Positions 1-13,210 are shown, counted from the stretch's first letter. The stretch: 64,000 bases of DNA from Selaginella moellendorffii (GCF_000143415.4 NW_003314376.1:62001-126000); one strand, 5' to 3'. The notes: generated by a model not told the origin, from the letters alone. Made by a program: numbers and translations.

Positions 1-290
1 CACGACGTTGGTTGCCTGGAACACGATCATCATGGGACATGCACGTCTTCTATCAGATGCAACGAGAAGCTGGCCTGCCTCCAAACGCTGAGACTTTGCA
101 TGGAGCAGCAAAACGTCGTTTCCTGGGAACAACCTTTGCTCTTGACTGCTACGAGCAAGCCGCAGCCAAACGCTCAGACTTTCATGGTGGCGCTCAAGGC
201 ACGCGGCGACTTAGCAGAGAAGAGCAGATCTGGGAGAGAAATCTGGAGGGAATCCACTACTCAGCGTGGTCGCTCAATGAGAGAAAAGCT
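1..290 (+). pseudogene. Degenerate PLS-class PPR gene fragment (3' end of an arm A copy)
   Basis: Frameshifted PPR-like phrases: VAWNTIIMG, FYQMQREAGLPPNAET, NVVSW, PNAQTFMVALKA. Confidence 0.7.
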
Positions 291-2080
291 TTTCTTGGGA
301 GGTCGGTAAACTTTGCAAGGAAAGAGTGTCATGCAAGGTTGATGGAGCCGTCAATTAAAGATGGTACCTCAAAAGATGCGAAAGGATCCTAGCTGGCACA
401 CCTTGGTGAAGAGATAAAAAATATGAGAGACAATACTTATCTCTTAATTAAATTGCTGTGAGTAATTTAGTTATAAACTTATTTAAGATTAAGATTATAG
501 TAGAATAAACAATAAATTGCTACACGTTGCATGTAGCAACGCTTGGTTTGATTAATACTAGTGTCATTATTACTTATTAATCTAATTGATCAAATAAAAT
601 TTATAATTATAAGCATGTTTGTAATTCATGTATACAAGATTAATTTTATTGCATATCAACCATTAGATGGTAGAATTAAAAAGAATATACTAGAAAAGGT
701 TTAAGAAAGTGTATAAACTATAAACATGTTTATAAATTTTAAATACAAAATTAATTTAAATGAATAACAACCGTTAGATGGTAAAATATCCTAGAATATC
801 CAAGCATACTCTAGGTATATTCAATACCATCCCAGTCCCCATATAAAGCAAACCAAAAATATACTAGAAAGTGTTTATAGGGAAGTTTATAAATTATAAA
901 TAAAAAGATTAATCTAAATGAACAACAACTATTAGATATTAAAATATCCTAGAATCTCCAAGCATAGTTTAAGTATGTTCAATACCATCGTAGGTTTGCT
1001 GAAGCAAACCAGTTATGGATCTATAGTGTTTGGTCACTTTAAACCTATAGAAGCTTATTCACAAACTTATTTACATTATTATATAGAACGTTTTCCCCAA
1101 ATTTTTTTTGATTAAACCCATATTAAAACTTGGGAGTTAAGTTTCTCCTAGATTTTGTTGTTGATTAGATGTTATGTTTTTCTTTCAACCATGCTCTGTA
1201 CAAATATACAAACTTTATAATTATAATTCAAGTTCTTTAAATCTTTTTTAATTTCATATTAGTAGACGAGAAACAACAAAGATATGAACATTACAAATAC
1301 TTGGTCAAAGGAAGCAAACACAGCATACTCAAAAGCATTATAGTTGAAAGAAAATAATAGCCATCAAGCAGGAATACCATCATTATGAGTATATAATTCT
1401 CAAGTATGGAAGTGATATTATAAATGGGAAGCTTTACAACATCATAATCAACCAATTCCCAAGTTGCAATTACATATAAACATTAAAATTCTGAAATCTT
1501 TCATCCTTTGCATAGGATGGATCCAAATGTTAAAGTTTGGATTCATCATAACGTCTGAACATGAGGTGAAAATAATAGATATTGGTATTGTATTTGAAAC
1601 TAAAATAAAATTTATCTATAAATTACACTGAAAACAATATAGGGCATTTCTTATAATTACACTCAAAGAAAGAGTTAATTCTTCAATAGAAGAAAAACGT
1701 GCAACCATCACGAAACTTAAATGTATCAACGACCTTGTCTAGATAAGCTGAAAGAAGGCACAAAGAAACTTGCCAAGCATCAGCAAGACAAAAGCACACA
1801 ATTTACTTTGGACAACTCTCTATCATGAAATCAAAAAAGATTTAAAGAACTTGAATCATAGTTACAAAGTTGTACATTTGTACAGGACAGAATGTAACAT
1901 CTAATCTACTTGGAGAAGCTTGAGTCCCAAGTTTTCAAGTTAAGTTTAAGTGACCAAACACCATAGATATATAATTTCCTATATAAATAACCATTTGTGA
2001 AATATGATCCAGAGCATGATTGTCTCTGATATTTTTATCTTTTGACCATGGTGTGCCCCCTAAGATCCTTTCGCCTTTTA

Positions 2081-2500
2081 TCATCTTTGTTTGGGTTTTG
2101 TTGATGGCTCCGTCATACACTCTTTCTCCATTTTCCTCACAAAGTTTACCAACAAGCTCCCGAGATGAGCAACACCTCCTAATACCCTCTCCACAATAAG
2201 ATTGTATGTCCATTCCCATCCCTGAAATAACATGTCATTGATGAAAAAGTCAAAGAACAAGATACTTACCATGTGTAAGGAGATAAGCTCCAGAGCCTTC
2301 ACAGCTTTTCATGAAACTGACAAGCTTCAGTTTCGCCTTCACAAGGAGGTATTTGGCTTACGTGATGCTTAGGCCAAGATGGTCGAGCTAGTTAGAAGTC
2401 CCTGACTTCAAGCTGTTTTAGCTATAAGATGAAACAAAAAAGCTATGAACTAAAAACTATAGTACCTATGAACATCATGCTTCATAAGGCACTCTCCAGG
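2081..2500 (-). pseudogene. Multi-exon host gene fragment in the arm B tail (also ~12190-12600 and ~55170-55560)
   Basis: 48-nt GTAAGT...TTTCAG intron at 2269-2222 joins KALELISLHM to GWEWTYNLIVERVLG; a second ~44-nt GT..AG intron near 2465-2421. Confidence 0.45.
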
Positions 2501-3130
2501 TACTTCAAATGAGTAGTGCAAGAGGAAGTGCCGGAGTAATACTGAACTTGGGGCGGAAAACTTCTTGAGAGGCAGCCACGTCTCCACACTTCCTATAGAC
2601 TGTGATGAGTGAGCATGCGAGTAGTGGATTCCGTCCAGATTTCTCTTCCAGATCTGCGAGTGGAGCCTCTTCGCCTAAGTCGCCCCGTGCCTTGAGCGCC
2701 ACCATGAAAGTCTGAGCGTTGGGCTGCCGGCTTGCTCATAGCGCTCGAGAGCAAAGGTTGTTCTCGGTGTATCCCAGGAAACGATGTTTTGCTGCTCCAT
2801 GCAAAGTCTCAGCGTTTGGAGGTAGGCCAGCTTCTCGTTGCATCCGATAGAAGAAGTGCATGTCCCGTGATGATCGTGTTCCAGGCATGTTTCTTCGTCC
2901 TCCTGAACACTTCTGACGCTTCCACATGTCCACGAGGCTGCTTGCGACAAATGCATCGGCTTCGTATTCACAATTTGTGAGGCGAGAGTGTTGCTTTCCA
3001 GGATAGGTAGACCAACCTATCCTGTTCTTCGTCCCATCCTGTCGAACAACCTGTGTTGCAAGCTGCAGTGTAGACTTCGACCATACTTTCACAATTGCAC
3101 TTGCTTGATTCCCGGCTTATGATGCTCTTG
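2500..3130 (-). pseudogene. Degenerate PLS-class PPR gene fragment (arm B)
   Basis: YEADAFVASSLVDM, FYRMQREAGLPPNA and LLACSLITVYRKCGDVAASQEVF motifs spread over shifting frames. Confidence 0.75.
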
Positions 3131-4428
3131 ACTCTGGAGAAACTTATCTGGCCACTATGCCCTGTACTGCTTCTTCTGTCGAAGTTGAGATTTGAGCGCC
3201 TGCAAGAATAGAGAGCAAAAGTAGTACGTTACATTTTCTCAAACCTTTCGTCTCGAGCAACCTCTCTGGCCTTTGGAGGTGCACCAACGTCTGCTCCCTT
3301 GTCACCTCTAGAGGATAGCTTGTAAATCCTTCATCAAATCGAAACTTGGTAGGTTCTTGCTCTACCTTCCAATCCATGTTCCGAGCCAGTTGTGTCATAA
3401 CTTCCAAGTCTGGCGACTTCCACCAGTCAACCCTTGTATGTGATCTCTGGGTGAGGTCACTGTCAGTGAGCAAGAGCCTACTGTCTTCTTGCTCTGCAAC
3501 TTCATCTCCTTGAAGATTGTGACAACACATGCACTGTGCTGACTTACGTGTCACTGCCAGTGTTGGCAGGACACTTTGCGGAGAATTCCAGTGTACCATT
3601 GCTGTGGGAACTACGAGTGTGAGCATCCAGCTGTTTCTTCTCAGTCGGTGAATCGTCCACCACAACTTCCAGATGATCCGTCACTTCGATCTGCCACCCG
3701 GGCTCCTGAAAGATCGCATTCCTGTGCTGCTTCCTTTGAGATAACATGTATCGCTCAATCACCAAATGCACTCCACAGTATAGGTATGATATTTCGAAAA
3801 GAGAAATGGATATCTTTCCAATCCTAATGTCCTACTTGCAGTGACACGCCACTTTGCATACTTTGAATAACGAAACTCTTTTTTTTTCTCGTTTTTCAAC
3901 TTAGCACTCATTGAATGTGATCATGGAGACACAAGCCATCAGCGTGCACAAACTACTTCCTCTACAGAAAACTGGGGAAAAGAAACACGAGATAAATATC
4001 TATCCATTGCTGTTTTGATAGTCTCACGGTGCCCAACCGAAAGCATGAGACTGATAGATGCAAAAATGCAAGTTGGATTATCTTTGTCATGTAGATGGCA
4101 TCCTTGTTGTCTTCACGCTCCTGCCTACCAGTCTTCTTTTTCTCGGTCGGTGCAGGTCTCTTATTATGGCTGCCTCTATTGCAGACACAACATATCAAAG
4201 TAGTTTCCATAATGTCAGAGGCAAAAGCAAAAGAATTAACCCATCTGGGTACTGGAGTAAAAGCCAGTTTGTCACAGTCGGTAGAGCAGCAATCCAGTGA
4301 CCCAACAGTGGAGGGAACTGGCACCATCCGGTTTTACTTCTTCATCGTGGATCCCTAGCTCCTCAAGTGGTCAACCATAGTCAACACCAGTAAAATCGGT
4401 CAAAATGCTTGGAATGATTGAAAATAGT

Positions 4429-4501
4429 TGGAGATGCCAGGTATCGATCCCGGTGCCTCTCGCATGCTAAGTGAGCGCTCTACCATCTGAACTACATCCC
4501 C
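4429..4501 (-). tRNA. tRNA-Ala(AGC), one anticodon-stem mismatch (possible pseudogene)
   Basis: 73 nt GGGGATGTAGTTCAGATGGTAGAGCGCTCACTTAGCATGCGAGAGGCACCGGGATCGATACCTGGCATCTCCA, followed by a TTTT terminator. Confidence 0.85.
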
Positions 4502-5074
4502 TTAGCATAGAAACAAAAATGCAAAGCTTTTCTCTTCACCATTCTAGTACTCATCCTTGGAGATTATAGTGTCTTTTTTGTCACATTTCAAGAGTTTTTT
4601 TATTGATTCTAGAGCTCTAGCTATGGAGGAAAGTACTCCAGTTTTGCTGTGTAGTGTTAGTTATCCAAAACCAAAAGATATACCATGTATTTGGTTAGTT
4701 GGGTAAAATTGATGTATTTGGAGTTTTAAACTTTAGATGAAACAAGTTTTAAATTTGAAAAGAACACTTTACAACAATAACAATAAGGTAAACATTAGCA
4801 GTTTCTCAAGAAATTCTAAAAATGAGAAAAAATAAATATGTGAAAATTACAAATGCATAATCAAATGAAGCAAAGGCAACATACTTAAGGGCATTATAGT
4901 TAAAGGCAAAAGTTAAAATTCCTAACATTAAACAACAATACCATCATTACAAGTATATAATTTTCAATTATGGAATTGATACTATAAATAAGACAATTTA
5001 CAACATCACAATAAACTAATTCCCATACATATACTTCCTACATTTGGTGAGTCTTTAATCCCTTATAAACATAT

Positions 5075-7928
5075 TGTAAGGTTTGTAAATATATGTATGT
5101 ATATATATATATGTATTACCCTAGTTAGGTAATACACTAATTATAGTATTATAGCATATGAACTGTCCATTTGGGACCAAATCTGATCCATTCATTTTTG
5201 TATATAAGCATGGGTCTAAACCCTAATTAATATACCTATTCCTATATACTGAACACTCATATTAGTGTAGGTGAAAGGCATTGCAATTTATCCCTAAAGG
5301 GCAAAGCTTTTTGATAGTGCTTTGCTCTAGTGTTTGGGATTGTGCTTTTTTATTATTATTTCTTCATTTTATTATAGATCTAGATTTGTATTAGCTTTTT
5401 GCAAGATTTAGAATTCTAGTTATCGTTGTGCTTAGATTTGCTCTTTCTTCTGATCATTATTGCATTCTCTTCCTTTACCATACCATGCCGTCATCGATCA
5501 AAAAGTATGTCACTTGAGGTTGTTAATACTGCTCCGTTGGATCTAACTTTTGGTGCTGTGGCATGTGATCATATTGGTATTGTGCCCATCCTTGATGTGT
5601 TGTTTGTTGGTTTCCAACTTTTGTGGGATGTGATTATACAGCTTATCCTGTTCTCATGTTTCTACCATCTTCTATTGATGTGGAGTGTTATCATGATATT
5701 GATTGGTGAGCTATGGATGATGCAATTTAATTCTTGGAGAATGTTTGAGGATCAAGTTTGTGTAAAGACAATGTGTACGAACTCGGGTGGATTCCAAAGT
5801 GTGATGATGAACTTGATTATTATGGAGATAGTTTTGGAGATGAAGTGGAGGTTTTGCGAAGTAGGTGTCAATATTTCAATTTGTTATCTAATCCTTTCTC
5901 TTTCCCTTTTGCTCTTTCCCAACTATTTTTTTATTTTTTGGCCTAAGCCACCTTCTCAAGTTCCTAGTATTTCTTCTTCATCTGTAATGGTTTCTTTTTT
6001 TGGCACATCGATCATTTATGACTCTCATGATTCTAATTCTTAATCCAGTGTTGAGTTGAGTGTTTTCTATCCTCCTCATACTAATCTGGATATTAAGTGT
6101 GTCCATGAAGTTGAGAATCTTGTTTTTGTTTCATTGGTAAAGTCTTTGATTAGTTCTGGTATTGAGTATTTCCCTGTTCCAAGGGTTGAGTCACTTTGGC
6201 CAGAGTTTTGGGTTGAATGCATATCCCCACTTGTGAGTGCCATTGAGAGCCTTTGCTTTACTATTGCTCATGAGGAGTTTATATATTCCCTTGAGAGTGT
6301 GAATGTTGTTATTGATTTTCCCATATCAAGTGTTAAGTTGTGTGTTGAGAAGGTTGAGTGGTGTGAATCTTTTGCTTATATTGTGGCTGAAATATTTTAC
6401 GAAAGGAAATCCACTATTGACCAAGCTTTAAGTATATATTCTTTTGATTTTCCATTTTTGCATTGCCAATTATTGCAAATTCCTCTTCCAATGTTTCTTT
6501 ATTTACTTTTTCTTCTTATACAATTGCTTTTACTCAATTTTTCTTGTTTTCTCCTTTTTGCCTTTACACTTCAAACTTTTTTTTCTTTAGAGGAAAGTCA
6601 GGTCCGAGATCGAGTCCGAGATCGAATCTGAGACTAAGTCCAATACTAATACAGGTCAAGGGGTGAAAGCCCAAAGCATGCGTCTCCCAAGGGGGGGGGG
6701 GGGGGGGGGGTTGCAAAGAGTTCCAAAAGTATAGTAGGGATAGTGAGGTCCTGGAACTAGTCTTGAAGGAACTCTCTAGTGGTGCTTCCAAACTGACTTG
6801 AGGTTGAGACTGGGGCCGAGGGGCCTTGGGTGGGAGTGAGCATGGGCCTGAGTGGTGCCGGAGGGGCCACCTAGGGAAGCGCTCAAGAGCAGCTCCCACT
6901 CCCGAAAGGGAAACCGACTGAGGTGCTCCCGGCTCATGTGGAGTGGTGCCCCACTTAAGTACCTTATGGCTCATTGGTCCTCGCCCTTCCTAGGGTCTTG
7001 GGCCTTCCCTTCGAGATGGAAGTGGGGGGGTAGAGGTACCCATACCGGGCCGTTAAGCCATGGTGTTTCGCCCCGATGTCCCAAAGTAAGTGTTGCACCC
7101 AAGGCTTGGGATTTAGAGGGTCCCATGATCAAGTCTTGTTGTACCAAGGGGTGTTAGGAACCTAGAGGCTTGGTGTGCTTGGCTGCTTGTGCCTGCGGGG
7201 AGTGTAGCCGAACCTTAAGTCCAGTCTAACCTGGGGAGGGGGATTGGGAGAGATTTAGAAATCCATGGATGGATGGCTAACGCTCCGTTACTCGTGCAGT
7301 GAGTAGCTGAAACCAAGTAGGACCAAGTAGGAACTGGTACAATAGGCGGGAACCTTGGCGAGGGAACTTAGCACAAGCCAAGGCAGTGTTGGTCGGATAG
7401 ACGAGGTAAACTGGCAAATTGGAAAGGAAAAATTTGTAGCTTACAAGAATGTGAAAGACGAATGGAGTGAGTCTGACCTCCCTAGTGCAAAGTTATAGTT
7501 GCGTGGTTGGTTTGAGCATTTGGGAGTTGCATAAAGAGTTGCAACTAGTCCATCAAGGTTCTATAGTGGGCTAATGATTATGCCATGGCTTTAAATTTTA
7601 TTTCAGTCATAGTTATCAGCAACTTTATTGGTGGTTTTGTGCGAGTTTCAGATTATTGTGGTAATTTATAATTGCCCAATAGAAGCTCCAGATGTTCCAC
7701 CTGACTTATTATTATCACCTTTTCATATTCCAAAAGGGAGGATGGTGTAAAGTTTGTAAATACATATATGTATATATATGTATTACCCTAACTAGGTAAT
7801 ACACTAATTATAGTAGTATAACATATCCACTGTCCATTTGGGACTAAATCTGATCCATCCATTCTTATATATAAATAGGGGCCTAAACTTTAATTAATAT
7901 ACCTATTCCTTTATTCTGAGCACTCAAA
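5075..7928 (+). mobile_element. Non-autonomous LTR element (NA) copy 1, carrying a chromovirus LTR remnant
   Basis: LTRs 5075-5261 and 7746-7928; degenerate tRNA-Ala-type PBS; PPT AAAAGGGAGGATGG; ATAT on both flanks; no recognisable RT. Confidence 0.8.
6595..7445 (+). mobile_element. 5'-truncated LTR of the chromovirus
   Basis: Matches 49480-50309; ends TTACA followed by the target duplication AGAAT. Confidence 0.85.
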
Positions 7929-8675
7929 ATATATATTAAGTTGTACATTCTTGAGGTCAGTAGGAAGGCATTGATTTGCTTGTTACAACTTACAAGTTCC
8001 AAAGGCATTAGTTTGGTTTTGGTACAAGATCCAGGCAGGACAACATGCTTGGAATACAAGGAATGGAGAGAGGCCACCTTGAAACAAAATCCATCACCTA
8101 ATAAGCTTTTAATAATTGGTTTCTTTGGATTGATCAAGCATGCCCAATATCTCTATTTGTTTATTCAGAAAAGCAAATGCACTTAAATTTTGAAAGAATG
8201 TGAAGGTGACATTTCCAATTTTGAACTTTTGTAAGAAAAACAAGTTACTCATTTTAAAAGACTTTTAGCTATACAAATATGTTGTTTACTAGCAAACCAA
8301 AATACCAATTAATATTAGTGTTTAGACAATTTGATTGTACAGAAGACCATACCACTTGATTTATATTGTGTTGGTTTTACCAATTGCTTTACTCATCCTC
8401 TTGCATAACACTGCAAAGCAAAACACTATCCCTTTTCCTCCTCCTCTTGTGATTACTATTACTATAATATGTATTATTATTATAAGCATTAGTAACATTC
8501 TTCATGGTTGCCTGCAGATGCAGCTTCTTGGCTATAGAAACTTGCTGGAGATGGTGGGCTTTCCAAAGCTCATCTCTCAAAAGGCTCTTGAAATGCAACA
8601 AAAGCTGCCAGAATCTCCAAGGATGAGTATTAGAATGGTGAAGAGAAAAGTTTAGCATTTTTGTTTCTTTGCTAA

Positions 8676-8732
8676 GGGGAGATAGCTCAGATGGTAGAGC
8701 GCTCGCTTAGGGATCAATAACCAGCATCTCCA
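8676..8732 (+). pseudogene. tRNA-Ala pseudogene with a 16-nt internal deletion (arm A)
   Basis: GGGGAGATAGCTCAGATGGTAGAGCGCTCGCTTAG joined to GGATCAATAACCAGCATCTCCA; 3' anticodon arm and variable region missing. Confidence 0.8.
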
Positions 8733-9181
8733 AATATGTTTGATTATTGGATCGTTCCAGGCGTTTTGACCGATTTTTACTGGTGTTGACCTCTGGGGGA
8801 GCTATGGATGGATGTTGCACCGTGAGACTGTCAACAGAGCAATGCATAGATATTTATCTTGTGTTTCTTTTTCCCACATTTTTGCAAACGAGTAAACAAG
8901 TTTCGTTCACTGCAAGTACATTAGGATTGAGCCTGGAAAGGAGTTGCCATCAAATTAAAGATGTTGAAATATTGAGCATTTCGTGATTGTGAGATTAAAT
9001 CGCTGTTCACATCTAGGTTTGGGCTCTTTGGCATGCTCAGTTCAAGTCCGACAATCCACAGCACTTGTTTTTTTCACAAAGCCAAAAGTACCTCTTTATT
9101 TTCTATTTTCTAAGTCAAGGGTTAGGTTATAATCTTTCTCGCTTGGATTTTTCTATTGTCGAAGCTCTCGTCAGGTAAGCT

Positions 9182-9946
9182 ATGGTCTCTCGCGCTCACG
9201 CCGCCCCAACGCTTGCCCGCCGAGCTCCAGCGCCCTGGCATGGCGGCCATCACCGAGCTTCACACCCGCGAGCTCCAGCTCTAGCTCCAGCACATCCACC
9301 ACACCACCATGGACACCATCCTCGAGGAGCCCACGAGCCAGTACCAGCTTTAGCTCCAGTTCTTCAAGGTGACGCTCCAGTTCGAGCCCCAGCGCCAGCT
9401 GCTTTCGTTCACCCTGCTCGCGGCCACCCTGCTCATCTAGCTCCAGCGCCTGATTCTCGCCACCACGATCCAGCTCCAGCAGCAGCAGTGTACCATCGTC
9501 ATCACGGTGATGGAGCCCCTCTGGTTGTTCACCACCATCACCATGGTCACCACCATGGTCACCACCATGGAGGACGCCACAACCACCACCACCACCACCA
9601 CCACCATCGTCGCGAGGGTCACGACGCAGCAGTGGCCACACCAACACCCGCAGCAGTAGTTACAGTGGTTCGGAGGACGCCGTGGTCGCTGCTCCAGCTT
9701 CTTCTGTGGGTTTTGGTTGCGATCTTGGTGCTGCTCGCATTCTTTTTGCTCGTGCGATGGATGTTCTCTCGGAGGAAGCAGCGCAGTAATGCGATCTTTC
9801 AGGATCCCGGGTGGCAGATCGAAGTTGTGGTGGACGATTCTCTGACTGAGAAGAAACAGCTGGAAGCTCACACTCGTGGTTCGCACAGCAATGGCACTCT
9901 GGGATTCTCCTCAAAGTGTCCTGCCAACACTGGCAGTGACGCGTAA
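9182..9946 (+). CDS. His/Pro/Ala-rich single-pass membrane protein (AGP/PERK-like ectodomain), copy 1
   Basis: 254-aa ATG ORF; AP repeats, poly-His, a hydrophobic stretch (LLQLLLWVLVAILVLLAFFLLV) then RRKQR; open in 4 copies. Confidence 0.65.
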   Translation: MVSRAHAAPTLARRAPAPWHGGHHRASHPRAPALAPAHPPHHHGHHPRGAHEPVPALAPVLQGDAPVRAPAPAAFVHPARGHPAHLAPAPDSRHHDPAPAAAVYHRHHGDGAPLVVHHHHHGHHHGHHHGGRHNHHHHHHHHRREGHDAAVATPTPAAVVTVVRRTPWSLLQLLLWVLVAILVLLAFFLLVRWMFSRRKQRSNAIFQDPGWQIEVVVDDSLTEKKQLEAHTRGSHSNGTLGFSSKCPANTGSDA

Positions 9947-10329
9947 GTCAGCACAGTGCCTTGTCACATGGAAGATTGTGTACAAACAATCTTCAAGGAG
10001 ATGAAGTTGCAGAGCAAGAAGACAGCAGGGTATTGCTCACGGACGGTGAAGATCACATACAAGGGTCCACTGGTGGAAGTTATTGCACAGCTGGCTCGGA
10101 ACATGGACTGGAAAGTAGAGCAGGAACCTACCAAGTTTCGATTTGACTGAGCTATCCTCTAGAGGTGACGGGGGAGCAGACGTTAGTGCACCTCCAAAGG
10201 CCAGAGAAGTTGCTTGAGACGAAAGGTTTGAGAAAAGGTAACGTACTACTTTTGCTCTCTGTTCTTGCAGGTGCTCAAATCTCAACTTCGATGAGAAGAA
10301 GCAGAGCAGGGCATAGCGGCCAGATAGGT

Positions 10330-10760
10330 TTCTCCAGAGTCAAGAGCATCATAAGCCAGGAATCAAGCAAGTGCAAAATTGTGGAAGTATGGTCGAAGTC
10401 TACACTGCGGCTTGCAACACAGGTTGTTTGACAGGATGGGACGAAGAACAGGATAGGTTGGTCTACCTCGCAAATTAACCCAATGCATTCGTCGCAAGCA
10501 GCCTCGTGGACATGTGGAAGCATCAGAAGTGTTCAGGAGGACAAAGAAACACGACGTTGGTTGCCTGGAACACGATCATCATGGGACATGAGAACAACCT
10601 TTGCTCTTGAGTGCTATGAGCAAGCCGCAGCCAAACGCTCAGACTTTCATGGTGGCGCTCAAGGCACGCGGCGACTTAGCAGAGAAGAGGCTCCACTCGC
10701 AGATCTGGGAGAGAAATCTGGAGGGAATCCACTACTCAGCGTGGTCGCTCAATGAGAGAA
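10330..10760 (+). pseudogene. Degenerate PPR fragment (arm A)
   Basis: Same decayed PPR motifs as 1-290. Confidence 0.65.
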
Positions 10761-12609
10761 AAGCTTTTCTTGGGAGGTCGGTAAACTTTGCAAGGAAAGA
10801 GTGTCATGCAAGGTTGATGGAGCCGTCAATCAAAGATGGTACCTGAAAAGACGCGAATGGATCTTAGCTGGCACACCTTGGTGAAGAGATAAAAAATATG
10901 AGAGACAATACTTATCTCTTAATTAATTTGCTGTAGTATCATTCATTGAGTAATTTAGTTATAAACTTATATTATAGTAGAATAAACAAAAATATACTAG
11001 AAACTGAAGTTTATAAATTATAATAAAAAATATTAATCTAAATGAACAACAACTATTAGATATTAAAATATCCTAAAATCTCCAAGCATAGTTTAAGTAT
11101 ATTCAATACCACTATAGGTTTTGCTGAAGCAAACCAGTTATGGATCTATAGTGTTTGGTCACTTTAAACCTATAGAAGCTTATTCACGAACCTATTTACA
11201 TTATTATATAGAACTTTTTTCCCAAAACTTCTTTGATTAAACCCATATTAAACTTGGGAGTTAAGTTTCTCCGAGATTTTGTTGTTGATTAGATGTTATG
11301 TTTTTCTTTTAACCATGCTCTGTACAAATATATAACTTTTATAATTATAATTCAAGTTCTTTAAATCTTTTTTAATTTCATATTAGTAGACGAGAAACAA
11401 CAAACATATGAACATTACAAATAGCAAACACAGCATACTCAAAAGCATTATAGTTGAAAGTAAAAAATAGCCATCAAGCAGGAATACCATCATTATGAGT
11501 ATATAATTGTCAAGTATGGAAGTGATATTATAAATGGGAAGCTTTACAACATCATAATCAACCAATTCCCGAGTTGCAATTACATATAAACATTAAAATT
11601 CTGAAATCTTTCATCCTTTGCATAGGATGGATCCAAATGTTAAAGTTTGAACATGAGGTGAAAAAAATAGATATTGGTATTGTATTTGAAACTAAAATAA
11701 ACTTTATCTATAAATTACACTGAAAAAAATATAGGGCATTTCTTATAATTTCACTCAAAGAGAGAGTTAATTCTTCAATAGAAGAAAAACGTGCAACCAT
11801 CACGAAACTTAAATGTATTAACGACCTTGTCTAGATCAGCTGAAAGAAGGCACAAAGAAACTTGCCAAGCATCAGCAAGACAAAAGCACACAATTTACTT
11901 TGGACAACTCTCTATCATGAAATCAAAAAAGATTTAAAGAACTTGAATCATTGTTACAAAGTTGTACATTTGTACAGGACAGAATGTAACATCTAATCTA
12001 CTTGGAGAAGCTTGAGTCCCAAGTTTTCAAGTTAAGTTTAAGTGACCAAACACCATAGATATATAATTCCCTATATAAATAACCATTTGTGAAATATGAT
12101 CCACAGCATGATTGTCTCTGATATTTTTATCTTTTGACCATGGTGTGCCCCCTAAGATCCTTTCGCTTGTTTTCATCTTTGTTTGGGTTTTGTTGATGGC
12201 TCCGTCAATCTTGCATTACACTCTTTCTCCATTTTCCTCACAAAGTTTACCAACAAGCTCCCGAGATGAGCAACACCTCCTAATACCCTCTCCACAATAA
12301 GATTGTATGTCTATTCCCGTCCCTGAAATAACATGTCATTGATGAAAAAGTCAAAGAACAAGATACTTACCATGTGTAAGGAGATAAGCTCCAGAGCCTT
12401 CACAGCTTTTCATGAAATTGACAAGCTTCAGTTGTTTCGCCTTCACAAGAAAGTACTTGACTTACGTGATGCTTAAGACAAGATGGTCGAGCTAGTTAGA
12501 AGTCTCTGACTTCAAGCTGTTTTAGCTATAATATGAAACAAAAAAGCTATGAACTAAAAACTATAGTACCTATGAACATCATGCTTTGTAAGGCACTCTC
12601 CAGGTACTT

Positions 12610-13210
12610 CAAATGAGTAGTGCAAGAGGAAGTGCCGGAGTAATACTGAACTTGGGGCAGAAAACTTCTTGAGAGGCAGCCACGTCTCCACACTTTCTAT
12701 AGAATGTGATGAGTGAGCACGCGAGTAGTGGATTCCGTCCAGATTTCTCTTCCAGATCTGCGAGTGGAGCCTCTTCGCCTAAGTCGCCCCATGCCTTGAG
12801 CGCCACCACGAAAGTCTGAGCGTTTGGCTGCTGGCTTGCTCATAGCACTCGAGAGCAAAGGTTGTTCTCGGTGTATCCCAGGAAAGGATGTTTTGCTCAG
12901 CGTTTGGAGATAGGCCAGCTTCTCGTTGCATCCGATAGAAGAAGTGCATGTCCCATGATGATCGTGTTCCAGGCATGTTTCTTCGTCCTCCCGAACACTT
13001 CTGACGCTTCCACATGTCCACGAGGCTGCTTGCGACAAATGCATCAGCTTCATATTCACAATTTGTGAGGCGAGAGTGTTGCTTTCCAGGTAGACCAACC
13101 TATCCTGTTCATCGTCCCATCCTGTTGAACAACCTGTGTTGCAAGCCGCAGTGTAGACTTCGACCATACTTTCACAATTGCACTTGCTTGATTCCCCGCT
13201 TGTGATGCTC
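12610..13210 (-). pseudogene. Degenerate PPR fragment (arm B, subtype 2)
   Basis: Paralog of 2500-3130. Confidence 0.7.

Noticed and set aside
5426-6631. Long hydrophobic ORFs in the NA interior (also 26786-27976 and 35268-36483)
   Set aside because: T-rich composition suppresses stops; frames break differently in each copy; no recognisable domain
8676-8732. tRNA-derived SINE
   Set aside because: Copies share long flanks as part of the segmental repeat; no tail or TSD
9180-9647. Antisense Gly/Glu/Leu-rich ORFs over each His-rich gene
   Set aside because: Shadow frames of GC-rich, CAC-repeat coding sequence; no independent support
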